Shown here one piece after another: positions 48,790 to 59,501 of a stretch of DNA of 64,000 nucleotides. The notes below the pieces were generated by a model. The model ran no database searches and was not told the origin of the DNA. It saw only the letters and a list, made by a program, of their open reading frames with translations. The position numbers and the translations under genes were made by a program. The stretch's first letter is position 1. Each line of letters starts with the position of its first letter. The stretch comes from a virus, in IMG/VR virus record IMGVR_UViG_3300037479_000183. One strand, written 5' to 3'.

Positions 48790-51167
48790 CCACCCTTTGG
48801 GACGCCAAGATTGCGACTTTGCCAAAAGACGACGCGATTGAGATGATTAACTGTGTCCAAAGGACGCAAGAGATTTTTCACAACATCATCTACGAGAGGA
48901 TAAAGGGTTGGTTCCTTACCCATTCGGTCGATGACTTTGAGAACGGGCTTGATGGCGTGGAGATAGAACTAATTGTATATGTGATGGCTTGGCTTAAAGA
49001 CGCCTATTCAATGCCCGAAGAAATCGCGCGCCCTGTGTCCTATTGGTATGCGAAGAATTGGGTTGAAGGATTGCGCGGGAAGGTGGAAAGGTGAAGTGGA
49101 TAAGCGATAATGTTAGAACAGTTTTCCTCGACAGGGATGACAATCTAGTAGATGATGGGGCGTGTCGAGAAGGATTGCTTGGTAGTGAGAGGGAGAAGTG
49201 GTTTGCGCTGGAGATTGCTACCGTTAAGATGTTTGAGAAAGGCCCGCGAAAGGATGAAATGGGCGACCTTGCTCATAGATTTCTCTTTGAGCTTGTTCCG
49301 ATTGAATATTCGTTTGACGGCAGGATAGAGGGATGGGATGGCAGAAAGACTAAGCCGCAAAACACCCTTACCATTCCCCTTTCACCCGCAAGGCGGAATC
49401 CGCTTCAAATCTCCACAATTATTGGTATAGCAAGAACGGCCTTCTACCTAACTCGCTCGAAATCTAAGGATGTGGAGAAGGACGCAAAGCATATCCTTCG
49501 TGCTTGGAATATAAGGGATTTGCGGAAGAAAATGTGGAGGCTTGCGAGCATATGGGTGAGAAGCATTGAGGAGATTGGTTATGAGTCAAACATTTTCAAC
49601 AAACTTCAATTACCCATAGCTGAGTATGTCCTAACGGAAGCCTTCCCAGCGAAGGAACTGTTTGGCGAATACTCCAAAGGCAGGTTTGTTAATTGGAATG
49701 GTGTGGCAAGCAGGCCGCTGGCTAAGTTTGTGAAGGGCCGCTGGCCGAAATGGGAAAGGGTTGTAAAGGCCCTAGTTAATTACTGTGATTGCGGTTGCTG
49801 TAATGGGTGTAATGGAGATTTGGATGAGGGTGATTTTGAATGAGGCTAAAGGCCGCCATATTTGTAGATGGTGAAGTTGCTTGGAAAGACCCCGGAGAAG
49901 GGGGCTGTGGGGCGGTGTCCTGCCGGGGGCAGTTTGTCCCCCACCTTTTTGGTCGAGAACCGTATCGCCGCCGGAATGACTTTGGTTGGTGTATCAGGGA
50001 GCCGATTCGTAAAGTCATAAAGGAGAAAAAGAATTGGACTTTGGGAGTTTTGGCAGAGCCAAATACTTATAATTCATTTCACTTTGAACATCTCAATGCT
50101 ATCAACTCTGCGCTAGGCGGGGCGGCAAACGTCAAGCAAAGAGTAACCGATGGTAGATATGTTGGTTGGGATGGAGTTAGCAAAGGGAAAGTAACTGTCG
50201 AGGCGGAGATTGTATTTGCCCATCCTATTTCATATCTTCCAAATTACGTCGGCGGTATCATTGGATTTGTTCGAGATGTTCTACAGAGAAAGAATCAACC
50301 GTTTGGTTCTTTGGAGAATTATTCGCAGGGGGCGAGGGCGGGTATGGCCGACCCCCATTGTATGGAAATCGTTGGGTGTTGCGAGCCACCATATTTGGAA
50401 TGGCTCCTAACGCAAACGAATTGGAACCTCCCGCGCGGCGGCAGTTTTAAGGAGTGGTGGTCGGCAACAAAAGGAGTTTACTATCAATCTGACCGCCTCT
50501 TTCATCACGAATACGCCAAGCACGGTTTGCGAAAATCTGAATTTAGGGCGTGGGTGAGGGAGAAATATCCTGAGTGGTGGGAAAAGATGGCAAAGAGGAA
50601 CGGAGTTGAAGTCTAATGGGCAAATCACTATTTGATACTTGGAGAGAGAAGTGGCCCACGTTAGAGGAAGCTAAGGAAAGAATAGAGAAAGCGATTCAGA
50701 AAACTCAAGAAAAAGAGGAGATGGTAAAGAAAGCGAAAACGGTTACAACTACCGCCACGACAGCCGTTAAGCCTTCCTCAGTTGGCGATGCCAACCTTCA
50801 GGCGCTTGCGGAGTTGGTTGGAGAGGCGGCACTAGAACCCGACAAACCCGAAAGGAATACGCCGCAGGGTGTCAAGGATTTATATGATGCGGTGATGGAG
50901 TTTATCAAAACTGACGTTACTCCACCTATTACTGCCGATGCCAAAACGGTTCAAGACAATATGATTCTTGCTGAAATTGAAGGAGTTTGGGACATAGCCA
51001 ACTCAAAGAACAATGCGTGGGAGTATTTTACACAGCGCGTTGTGGAGGAGATAGACCAGATTCAGGAAATAAACATTACGTCGGGACTTCAATGTTCTTG
51101 GAATCATCTATACAGACGTTTGCGACAGCTTGCGATTGAAGCAGGAATGAGTGCGGTGAAAGTATGA
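48786..51167 (+). CDS. Four coupled hypothetical proteins (48786-49094, 49091-49843, 49840-50616, 50616-51167) leading into the ligase cluster
   Basis: Overlapping start/stop junctions; no recognisable family. Confidence 0.7.
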
Positions 51168-52102
51168 AGGTTACGTTGGGGACAGACCCGGAAGTATTTG
51201 TGAGCGATGGGGATAAGATTATCCCGGCGGATTGGGTCGTGCCGCCAAAGGACAAAGCGATGGCCCTGCCAAGCGGCGCGAAGATTTTCTTCGACGGCAT
51301 CGGATTGGAGCTAAACGTGGCCCCCACCGATACGCCCACCTCTTTCGCGCGCGCTGTGATGCTCGCAAAGAAGGAAGCCGAGGCTTACTTGGTAAAGAAG
51401 GGTTATAAGATGGTGGTTCTGCCCGCTGTTCCAATCGCTTTGGATACGATTAAGCGGGCGCATAAAGACGCACAGATTTTCGGATGCGACCCCGACCAAG
51501 TAGTGTATGAAATGGGCAAGCTTCGCAAGCCAACGGTTGACGCAAGGAATCATCCGTGGAGATATGCGGGTGGCCACATTCACGTCGGCCTGCCTAGCCT
51601 TTTGCCGGGCCTTCACTCTTGCGGCGAAAAGACAATCTACACCAATAGTTTCGACGGCTGGAAATGCTCGAAGTGTAAGGCGCAGGCGGATATGAGTGCG
51701 CTGATGCGAGTTATCGTAGCGCTTGACCTGCTTGGTGGTGAGAAGCTTCTTGCCGTTGAACGGGGCGTTCAGGATTCTTGGAGAAGGCGGAAGTATTACG
51801 GTGTTCCCGGCTCCTTCCGCTTCCAGCCGTGGGGGGTAGAGTGGCGCTTCCCAAGCAATCTGTGGCTAAGGAGCGAAGATGAGGCGAGGATGATGGGAGA
51901 GATGGCGATGAAGGCGGCTGAATTAAGCGCCGCCCTGCCCGCCTTGCTTAAGATTCCCGGGACGCGAGAGGCCATCAGCAACTTCAGAACTAGCCTAACC
52001 GATATGGCACTAACCGATAGAACATTTGATTGGGTTAGAGAGGAAGGAGAAAGGATATGTGCGGTATTGGCGGAATTGTCAAACTCGAAGGCGACGCAAT
52101 AG
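51164..52102 (+). CDS. phiEco32-like COOH-NH2 ligase (glutamine synthetase-fold amidoligase)
   Basis: LGTDPEVF, FFDGIGLELN, FGCDPD, RYAGGHIHVG, RRKYYGVPGSFRFQPWGVEWRFPSNLWL. Confidence 0.9.
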   Translation: MKVTLGTDPEVFVSDGDKIIPADWVVPPKDKAMALPSGAKIFFDGIGLELNVAPTDTPTSFARAVMLAKKEAEAYLVKKGYKMVVLPAVPIALDTIKRAHKDAQIFGCDPDQVVYEMGKLRKPTVDARNHPWRYAGGHIHVGLPSLLPGLHSCGEKTIYTNSFDGWKCSKCKAQADMSALMRVIVALDLLGGEKLLAVERGVQDSWRRRKYYGVPGSFRFQPWGVEWRFPSNLWLRSEDEARMMGEMAMKAAELSAALPALLKIPGTREAISNFRTSLTDMALTDRTFDWVREEGERICAVLAELSNSKATQ

Positions 52103-52950
52103 ACCCAAACCTATTGATTTCGCTACTAAATAAGCTAGATGGTAGCGGGCCAAAGGCGGTTGGTATTATTCTTGTTGGCAAAGAGGGCGGAGTGCTGACA
52201 ATCAAGACAACAAAAGGTTGGAGCGAGTGGGGGAAGGAGGAAAAGGAAAGCCTGAAGAACCGCGCTGGTGCGGCAAAAGCGGTGCTTGTTCACACACGCG
52301 CCCCAACTACCGGCCCCAACACCCTTGAAAACACTCATCCGTTTGAGGACTACGAAACCGGCCTATGGCTGGCCCACAATGGCGGGATTTTCAACCACGA
52401 TTCTATCTTCCAACTTCACGATTACAAAGGCCCTGTTGAGTGCGACTCGATGGCGGTTCTGTTGGAGTTTCTAACGCTTATAAAAGATAGCGGAACGGTT
52501 CAACACATCGCCGACTTAGAGGCAATAATGAGTGGTTGGTGGAATTGTTGGGCCTATCTTGCCAAGACCAACGACATCGTTCTGTTTACCAATATGGAAG
52601 GATTCAGGGCGGCGCAGAAGGATGGACATTTCATCTTTGCCAACCTCTCTTATGCTTTTGAGGGCGAACAACTACCAAGTGTGGTGAAGATTAATCTTGG
52701 ACAGGGAACGGACAAGCCGACCTTTACCTATTACCCCCTCGCCCCCGTGAAAACAGAAGTTGAAGAAGCGTTTAAGAAACTAATTGTTGCCGAAGATGAT
52801 AGACATTACCATCTTAAAATCCCTGAAGATGCTCAGAAAAGATTCCAAGGTTGGAAGTTGGCGGATAATGGCATCTTGATAGTGAGAAAGTATCAATGCG
52901 ATAAGGTAAAGAAAAATCGTATTTTGGGCATCATAAGAGGTGTGGGATGA
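52057..52950 (+). CDS. Class II (Ntn) glutamine amidotransferase 1
   Basis: N-terminal MCG, HTRAPT, NTHPF, HNG, CDS. Confidence 0.9.
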   Translation: MCGIGGIVKLEGDAIDPNLLISLLNKLDGSGPKAVGIILVGKEGGVLTIKTTKGWSEWGKEEKESLKNRAGAAKAVLVHTRAPTTGPNTLENTHPFEDYETGLWLAHNGGIFNHDSIFQLHDYKGPVECDSMAVLLEFLTLIKDSGTVQHIADLEAIMSGWWNCWAYLAKTNDIVLFTNMEGFRAAQKDGHFIFANLSYAFEGEQLPSVVKINLGQGTDKPTFTYYPLAPVKTEVEEAFKKLIVAEDDRHYHLKIPEDAQKRFQGWKLADNGILIVRKYQCDKVKKNRILGIIRGVG

Positions 52951-54356
52951 ATCCAGAGGAAATTGCGCGGCTAATGGATGCCGAGCCAAAACCAAAGCAT
53001 AACATCGCAGGCATCTACAACGAGTGGGATGCGGTGCCGGGCGGCCATACCCTTGACATTGGAGTTGAAATCGAAATCTACATTGGACGCAGAAGGGGAA
53101 GATTTTTTGCGCCATTCGGCGAGAATACGGATGACGGCTACATCCTCCACACTATTCTATCCAGATGTAAGGATAAGGTATTCCGCGACTATTATCCTCA
53201 TCAATTGGAAATCAGAGCTGGCCCCGGCAAAGCGCCGCAGGTAATAGAGGAGCTACAAACAACTCTTAAGGAAATTGGAGAGCTTCTTAGACCTTTCAAG
53301 TGTGGACTTCTATTTCGGTCGCGGTTTGGCGACTTCCAAACGTGCGGTCTTCACATTCACGCTGACGTATCCCTTTTTAATGACCGCCTAGATACTTTGG
53401 GAACGGCGATGGCCGTTTCCTACCTTCCCATCCTAATGAATTACGAGGCGCATCGGGATACAGAAACCAAACACTCAAGGATTGTAGATAATAAGTTTTC
53501 ACAGGCGGTCTATGATGTGGCCGATACGCTGGACAAATATCACGACCTTCACCTCAGCCCGGCGCGTGAAAATCCCGAAGGCCGCCATCGCTTAGTTAAA
53601 CCGATAACTTGGGAAACGCGCATATATGATACAGCGCCGCCGGAATCAATGTGGCACGGCATCTTGAAACATTCAGAAATCCTAAGCAGAAGCCTTCAAT
53701 TGGTGGAAAGCAATTCCGATTGTTTAAAGATTCCCGCCCGGCAAATCTTTGCGGCGGCGGTTAGATATAGAGGCAAGTTTTTCAACCAAGCCCCCGCTAT
53801 CTACAACTATCATAAGAAGATGTGGGCGTGGGTTGGGGCAGAGCCGGTGCCATCGGAGCAGGCAATCTGGACACGGTGGATACACTCGCTTGACATTTTC
53901 TCCAATGCTATTGTCCGAGAAATCAATGGGATTGATGAGCTAATTACCCACGTATTGCCATACAATCGCTGGCGGAAGCCGATGGCGGGCGATTGGGTCT
54001 TGAACGTGCTTACGCACGAATTGGGAAGATTCGATGAGATGGGAGAAGTAAGGTTACAAAATGGAGATATGCGTCCTTTTGACGTAAAGTTTTGGTATAA
54101 GGTGTTTACCTTTGAACCCGGACAGTATTATATAGCGCGGGTTATGAAGAGTGGGGTGGTGGAGTGGACACCACAAAACGTTAAAACGCCCGCAAAGGCA
54201 GATTTTGAAGGACTTGCTCCAAGCACAGAGCTAAAAATCATCAGCCAAGAGGTTCAGGACACGGTTCAGCTTGGCTTTATCGACCAAGTATCTAAGCCCG
54301 CCTTTGGGATTGTGAGGGCGGCTTATTCGGCGAATCCAAATCGTTGCCCGTTGTGA
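52947..54356 (+). CDS. Second GS-fold ligase (glutamate-cysteine ligase GCS2/amidoligase-like) with a C-terminal extension
   Basis: IGVEIEI, QLEIRAGP, TCGLHIHAD, TWETRIYD. Confidence 0.78.
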   Translation: MNPEEIARLMDAEPKPKHNIAGIYNEWDAVPGGHTLDIGVEIEIYIGRRRGRFFAPFGENTDDGYILHTILSRCKDKVFRDYYPHQLEIRAGPGKAPQVIEELQTTLKEIGELLRPFKCGLLFRSRFGDFQTCGLHIHADVSLFNDRLDTLGTAMAVSYLPILMNYEAHRDTETKHSRIVDNKFSQAVYDVADTLDKYHDLHLSPARENPEGRHRLVKPITWETRIYDTAPPESMWHGILKHSEILSRSLQLVESNSDCLKIPARQIFAAAVRYRGKFFNQAPAIYNYHKKMWAWVGAEPVPSEQAIWTRWIHSLDIFSNAIVREINGIDELITHVLPYNRWRKPMAGDWVLNVLTHELGRFDEMGEVRLQNGDMRPFDVKFWYKVFTFEPGQYYIARVMKSGVVEWTPQNVKTPAKADFEGLAPSTELKIISQEVQDTVQLGFIDQVSKPAFGIVRAAYSANPNRCPL

Positions 54357-54360
54357 GAAA

Positions 54361-55578
54361 ATGTGTGGTATAACTATATACGCAGGGAAGGAGCCTATAA
54401 CCTTCTATGAGGCGTTAAAGAGGACGCCTTATTGGAGAGGGGGCGATGGGCTAGGCGTGATGTGGCTTGAAGATGGAAAGATTCGCGTCCAGAAAAGCGC
54501 GGGCGCGGTTGAAAACTATCTTAAGGTTATCCTCGGAACAAGAGAAACCTTCTACTCAACTGATAAGTTTACCCTTCCCCCACTTGAAGCAACTAGCACG
54601 TTTTGGCTTATCCACAACCGAAAGGGAACGGTGGGTTCTTCCTATGATACAAAGAACAACCATCCCCACTTCCTTAAGGAGTATGGGGTGTGGGTGTTAC
54701 AGAATGGAACGGTTGTGGGTTTGGACTTCTATCGTGGCCTTCTAGAAATGGCAGGCGTGAAGTTTAACTCCGCCACGGATACAGAAGTGTTGGGCCACGC
54801 GGCTGTTCAACATATCATTCCAAAAATCCAAGAGATTTGTGGGAAAGCGGAAGATAAGTATAAGGCAGTAGAGGAGTTTCTGGAGCCATTCGCAAAAGCA
54901 ACGGCTGGCTTCGGCGTGTTTGTTGTTGTTGACCCCGAGAATAAACAAGTCCACGTTTTGAAGGATGATGATAGAACGCTGTGGCTGTCAAGGGATAATA
55001 CAGGGGGCGTGTGGCTCACATCGGAGATAGTCGTGCCGATTCAAAATGGAAAACTTTTTTCCACAGAAATCTACAATGGCTACATCAGACTTGACCTCAA
55101 CCAAGCAGACTTTACAGAAACAGCATATTACTATGCTCAAAGGTGTGAGGATTTGTGGAAGGTAATTCGCCAAGCAAAGCCCGTGGAGATGACCCACACT
55201 TCTTGCGACGCCTGCCGAGAAGAAAGATTGGTTTTCAAATGTGCGGAGTTTGATATTTGTTGGGAATGTATTGCCGATAACAAAAACAAGCCGGATTTTG
55301 GTGTAAGTTTTCGGGGGACAAGCGAGTGGGATGGGGGGAAGTGGAGCGACCCCACTCTAGCATACCACAAGACCCACTCGAAAGATGGCGCAACTCCATC
55401 TATCATTGATTTCAGCGGAGCAAAGAAGTTTACAGATTACAAAACGGGGAAGCCCGACGACCCCATTATCTCTCCTGTTAAAGAATTGGATATTTGGACA
55501 AGAAGTGTGGAGCAGATGGCGAACAAGATGGAGTTACTAATTCAGCGCGGTTGCGAAGAGGAAAGGGATTGTGAATGA
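54361..55578 (+). CDS. Class II (Ntn) glutamine amidotransferase 2 with a C-terminal Zn-ribbon extension
   Basis: MCG, WRGGDGLG, HNRKGT, NNHPH, QNGT, TDTE; later CDAC..C..CWEC. Confidence 0.88.
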   Translation: MCGITIYAGKEPITFYEALKRTPYWRGGDGLGVMWLEDGKIRVQKSAGAVENYLKVILGTRETFYSTDKFTLPPLEATSTFWLIHNRKGTVGSSYDTKNNHPHFLKEYGVWVLQNGTVVGLDFYRGLLEMAGVKFNSATDTEVLGHAAVQHIIPKIQEICGKAEDKYKAVEEFLEPFAKATAGFGVFVVVDPENKQVHVLKDDDRTLWLSRDNTGGVWLTSEIVVPIQNGKLFSTEIYNGYIRLDLNQADFTETAYYYAQRCEDLWKVIRQAKPVEMTHTSCDACREERLVFKCAEFDICWECIADNKNKPDFGVSFRGTSEWDGGKWSDPTLAYHKTHSKDGATPSIIDFSGAKKFTDYKTGKPDDPIISPVKELDIWTRSVEQMANKMELLIQRGCEEERDCE

Positions 55579-56279
55579 ATAAGAACTGTCGTATAGCGGC
55601 AGAAGCGGCTGTGGGCAACCTTCCGCCTTCCTGCGCCATCAACATTGAAGCGCATAGGATAACCGGCTGCGCCCCGGCCTGCTATGAGGATTGTTTGGGC
55701 TATGACGAAACAGCGGGAATGTGCGCCAATTCCGCACTAGTGTATCCTATTCAAATCTTCAAACCCGTTTTTCTTGAACCAAAGAAGAGCCGCCAATGGC
55801 TCGCTATGCTTGACCACCCCGCCCTAACTATGATGCTAGATACGATGCTAAATGTGGTATTTGAAAGTGAAGGTTATGCCTGTATGGACTGTTCACTATT
55901 TCAGGAGAGCAAATGCCAACTGCTTGCTTGGGTAAGGGAGCATGCTTATGGTTATATTGAAAAACTTATCCCGCTTCGTGAACAACAGCCGCCGCCTGTG
56001 AAACAACTTACCGATAATAACATTCGGCACCTAAGCATAATTGTGGAGAAGATTCGCGCCTATGAATCATTCATTAGTAAAGGCAAAGAAGTCGGCCCAA
56101 CGCCCGAAAAGATTTCCGACTTCATCAAACTTGCTCCGGTTCCGGGGCCGGGCGGGCCTGCTGGCGGGGGCGGATTTGAAGTGGCAGAAGAAGATGAAGG
56201 TGGCGATGTGTGCGATGAGTGCGGCCACGATTGGGAGGATGTAGTAGAGGGATGCGGCCATTGTGTTAATGAGCATTGA
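55575..56279 (+). CDS. Cys-rich protein with a Gly/Pro linker and acidic Zn-ribbon tail
   Basis: Multiple Cys clusters; GPGGPAGGGGFEVAEEDEGGDVCDEC..CGHC. Confidence 0.65.
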   Translation: MNKNCRIAAEAAVGNLPPSCAINIEAHRITGCAPACYEDCLGYDETAGMCANSALVYPIQIFKPVFLEPKKSRQWLAMLDHPALTMMLDTMLNVVFESEGYACMDCSLFQESKCQLLAWVREHAYGYIEKLIPLREQQPPPVKQLTDNNIRHLSIIVEKIRAYESFISKGKEVGPTPEKISDFIKLAPVPGPGGPAGGGGFEVAEEDEGGDVCDECGHDWEDVVEGCGHCVNEH

Positions 56280-56397
56280 GGGTGAAGGATGAAGCTCTGT
56301 AAGGAACATACGATATCACAGCGCTGGCGGGCGTGGCAGGTCGATATTGTTTCGCACGCTGAGTGTGCGGCGTGTGAAGATGAAAGGGGTTGGTAAG

Positions 56398-57282
56398 ATG
56401 ATAATTCTAGAACAGCGAGAGGAAACTCTTGGGAGTTTTAAGCGGCATTTGTGGGAAGCGGCGAATAGGATTGCGCCCGAAGATTGTTTCCATTCAAGTG
56501 AAGTGGAGATGGAGGATGGATGGATTTATCTTCACGATAGCAAAACGCCAGCAAAGGCGCTTATCCTGACTCCCAGCAAAGCGTCTCGCCCTCACACTCC
56601 TCTAACTCTTGGGGCGCGGAGTTGCTATCCGCTTCTCAATCCTCCGCGCTCCTCCTTAACAAGTAAACCGGAGTGGCAAAAGATTCTGCGAGATTTGGAA
56701 ATCCCAACGCCAACCTATTATATCCACACCACAAAACCGGGGATTGCGAAGCCTGTTTATGGGCAGGGTGGTAAGGGAATCAAGAAGGGAAAAGGTGTCT
56801 ACACTCAAGATGGCATTTTTAACCCGTTCACAGAGAAGGGGATTGGGTGGGATATTAGGGTAGTGATGTTTATGGGAGGGGCGATTGGCGCGATGCTTCG
56901 CATCAACCCATTCGACTTCCGCAGCAACATCCACCAAGGCGGCCATCCCGTAACCTTTTGGGAAGGAAAGACAAATCCAATTGTCAATCACGAAATCCGC
57001 GATGTGTATCCGCAAATCGTAAAGTGGCTCGGAATGACCGCCCCCGACAAGAGTTGGTTTGTGTGGGGAAAGAAGTTAACGGAAGCAACCCGCTGTGCTT
57101 ACTTTGGGATGGATATTATCTTCGACGAAGCTCGCAAGCCTTTTGTAATCGACATCAATCCCACCGCCGGGCAGGACGCCAACGAAAGAAACATCATCAG
57201 AGTAGCAAGAAGTTTAAGACTACTAAGAGATAAAGAGTATATAAACAAAGAGGCTAAGATAAAAGTAGAAGCACTAACGTAA
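56398..57282 (+). CDS. RimK-like ATP-grasp ligase
   Basis: IAKPVYGQGGKGI, WDIRVVM, FRSNIHQGG, YFGMDII, VIDINPTAG. Confidence 0.88.
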   Translation: MIILEQREETLGSFKRHLWEAANRIAPEDCFHSSEVEMEDGWIYLHDSKTPAKALILTPSKASRPHTPLTLGARSCYPLLNPPRSSLTSKPEWQKILRDLEIPTPTYYIHTTKPGIAKPVYGQGGKGIKKGKGVYTQDGIFNPFTEKGIGWDIRVVMFMGGAIGAMLRINPFDFRSNIHQGGHPVTFWEGKTNPIVNHEIRDVYPQIVKWLGMTAPDKSWFVWGKKLTEATRCAYFGMDIIFDEARKPFVIDINPTAGQDANERNIIRVARSLRLLRDKEYINKEAKIKVEALT

Positions 57283-57958
57283 TAGTAATCACTTCGCTGT
57301 GTTCCGTTAGGTGATAGAATGATTTGCTATCTAACAAAAGGAAAGTTTGGGGGCGCTCTTAAGCTGATGATGTGGAATAGATGGGGAAGAAGGGAGGAGG
57401 AAGTGGCGATTCGCTGTCCGTGGGGACACGTTACGGAGATGCCGTGGCTATCAGATGGTATCAAACTTCAAGTTTTGGAAGGAGCGTCAAAGGGGTTTGA
57501 GTGTCAAGGATACACCATCAATCCTGTTAGCGGAAGGCAGACTAAATGCCCATTTAAAGGCGACCTCATTCTAATAGGGTGGAAGGAATGAAAACATTCA
57601 TTATCAAAGCGATTGACAAATACGATGAAAGGGCGCTAACTTGGGATTGTCCAGAGACCGGTGGGTTGGGATTTCACTGTCCCTTCAAACATTGGAATAC
57701 GATGCTTAAACTCCAAATACATTTAAAACTACTCGATGCTCCCTATCCAGATGCCGATGGAGTGTTCCCATTTGTTTTGGGCTGCGCTTATCCAGCCTGT
57801 AAGTGGCAAGATAAGGAGGTTGTTCTTCTTGGATATAAGGAGTGGAAGAAAAAACTAGGTAGGGTGGCCAACAAACCTAAATGGGGAGGATGGGGATTGG
57901 TCTTTGATGACTATACAAACCTTTAAATACCACCCCGCCAATCAGATGTTGATGCTCT

Positions 57959-58735
57959 GTGTTAGCAAAACCAACCAACCGTTTTCAGACCGACCTTAGT
58001 GAATACTCTGCGGGCCTTTCGGACTTAATGAGGCAGTTGCCTCCGCAAAGACGATTTTATTGGTATGCTACCGACGCTTTCTCTTGTGAAAGAAAGATGG
58101 CAATTGAGTGGCTTGCCCTTGCTCCGCAAAAGGCATACTCCGAAGAATCGGGCGTGGCGTTTGCGCAAGGAGATGCGCTGGAAGAAGAGTTTATCACACG
58201 ACTGATTTCGGCTGGGCTGATTATTGCCCGCCAAGTGGGAGTGTTTATTCCCTCTCACGGAATCTCAGGAAGGGTGGATGCCATCGTTTTCCGGCCCGAA
58301 CCAGAGATTTTGGAAATCAAAACGGTTAAAGGTTATCCCTTCAAGAAGCTAATGGAAGCGCCGTGGGATGCGGGATATGATGCCATCTTCGCTTATATGA
58401 AGCGAAATTGGATGGACAAGATTCTTATCAACTACACTCAACTTCAACTTTATTTGTTTGCCTTAGAGCAGGAAAAGGGATTTCTGATTTATTTCGACAA
58501 AAATACAGGCAAGCGATTGGATTTAGAAATAAGGCGCGACGATACTGCGGTTGCCAAAGCCTTGACTTGGTTTAGCCAAACGAAAGGCGCAATAGATAAA
58601 GCCCGCCTAGGCTTGGAGCAAGGCAGGCCAGCCGATGAAGTGTTGCCACCAACTCTAGATAAGAAAAAATTCCCATGCGCGTGGGAAGCCGACCGCTGTG
58701 CGTTTTGGGAGTTTTGTTACGGGGAAAAGAAATAG
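57959..58735 (+). CDS. Cas4-like PD-(D/E)XK exonuclease
   Basis: CERK..G...E..GRVDAI..LEIKT..QLQLY..C..CxFxxFC (four Fe-S-type Cys). Confidence 0.85.
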   Translation: MLAKPTNRFQTDLSEYSAGLSDLMRQLPPQRRFYWYATDAFSCERKMAIEWLALAPQKAYSEESGVAFAQGDALEEEFITRLISAGLIIARQVGVFIPSHGISGRVDAIVFRPEPEILEIKTVKGYPFKKLMEAPWDAGYDAIFAYMKRNWMDKILINYTQLQLYLFALEQEKGFLIYFDKNTGKRLDLEIRRDDTAVAKALTWFSQTKGAIDKARLGLEQGRPADEVLPPTLDKKKFPCAWEADRCAFWEFCYGEKK

Positions 58736-58806
58736 AATGAATCTTTCAGAAACTCAAAAAGTATATCTCGCCGCTCTACTAGAGCTTGCCATAAAGGAGT
58801 TGAATC

Positions 58807-59160
58807 ATGGTGGAACCACCGCCAAAGCCCGGCCAGCAGGCCGTTTGGCCGTTGATGCGGGAGTGGATGGAGCAGAGGATTAAGGCAGGCAAAGAAAAGT
58901 ATGGAACTTTGCTTGAAACGTGGAATGGTAGGAATCCCATTCAAGATGCTTTAGAGGAGTGGTTCGATAAGGGGACGTATTTGACACAGGCGGCGCGGGA
59001 AAGGGTGGATATGCTGGCGCTGCTGCGGGAATACTATTATACCTGCGTGTGTTCCGTTAAGATTCCGCTATGGCGCAGGCTTCTTAAACCTCAAGATAGA
59101 TTCTGTCCTCAATGTTTGAAATATCGGAAGATGGTGGAAAATGGAACCCGATTGGAATAG
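58807..59160 (+). CDS. All-alpha nucleotide pyrophosphatase-like phage protein
   Basis: RIKAGKEKYGTLLETWNGRNPIQDALEEWFDKGTYL pattern. Confidence 0.55.
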   Translation: MVEPPPKPGQQAVWPLMREWMEQRIKAGKEKYGTLLETWNGRNPIQDALEEWFDKGTYLTQAARERVDMLALLREYYYTCVCSVKIPLWRRLLKPQDRFCPQCLKYRKMVENGTRLE

Positions 59161-59501
59161 GCTTAAAGAGTTTAAAGAGTGTGTTGGAAAGGGCTGGTGG
59201 CCCCTTGTCGAAACGCTTGTCGATTTCGCAAAGAATGGTTATAAATCTTATGAAGAAGACATGAAGCTTCTGGCAAAATGGGAGGCGGAGGAGAATTACT
59301 GTGCTGGCTGGAAGCGAGTGAAGGAGCTTAAAGAGGAATCTCCTACAAATCCCTATACTTGTGTTGAAACAAAACTTAAGAAGGGGCGGAAGCTGGTTGA
59401 AGCGCCCCAGCGATGAGTGTTGGTGGTGCGGCAGCCCCCTCGTGCTGTGTAAGCGTTTTCACGACGACTGCTGCGATATGTGTTCTCACGGAGGTTAAAG
59501 T

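Noticed and set aside
52057-55578. GATases as part of a 7-deazaguanine/archaeosine DNA-modification pathway (Gat-QueC)
   Set aside because: No QueC, QueD, QueE, FolE or DpdA motifs are recognisable, and both GATases are coupled to GS-fold ligases instead.
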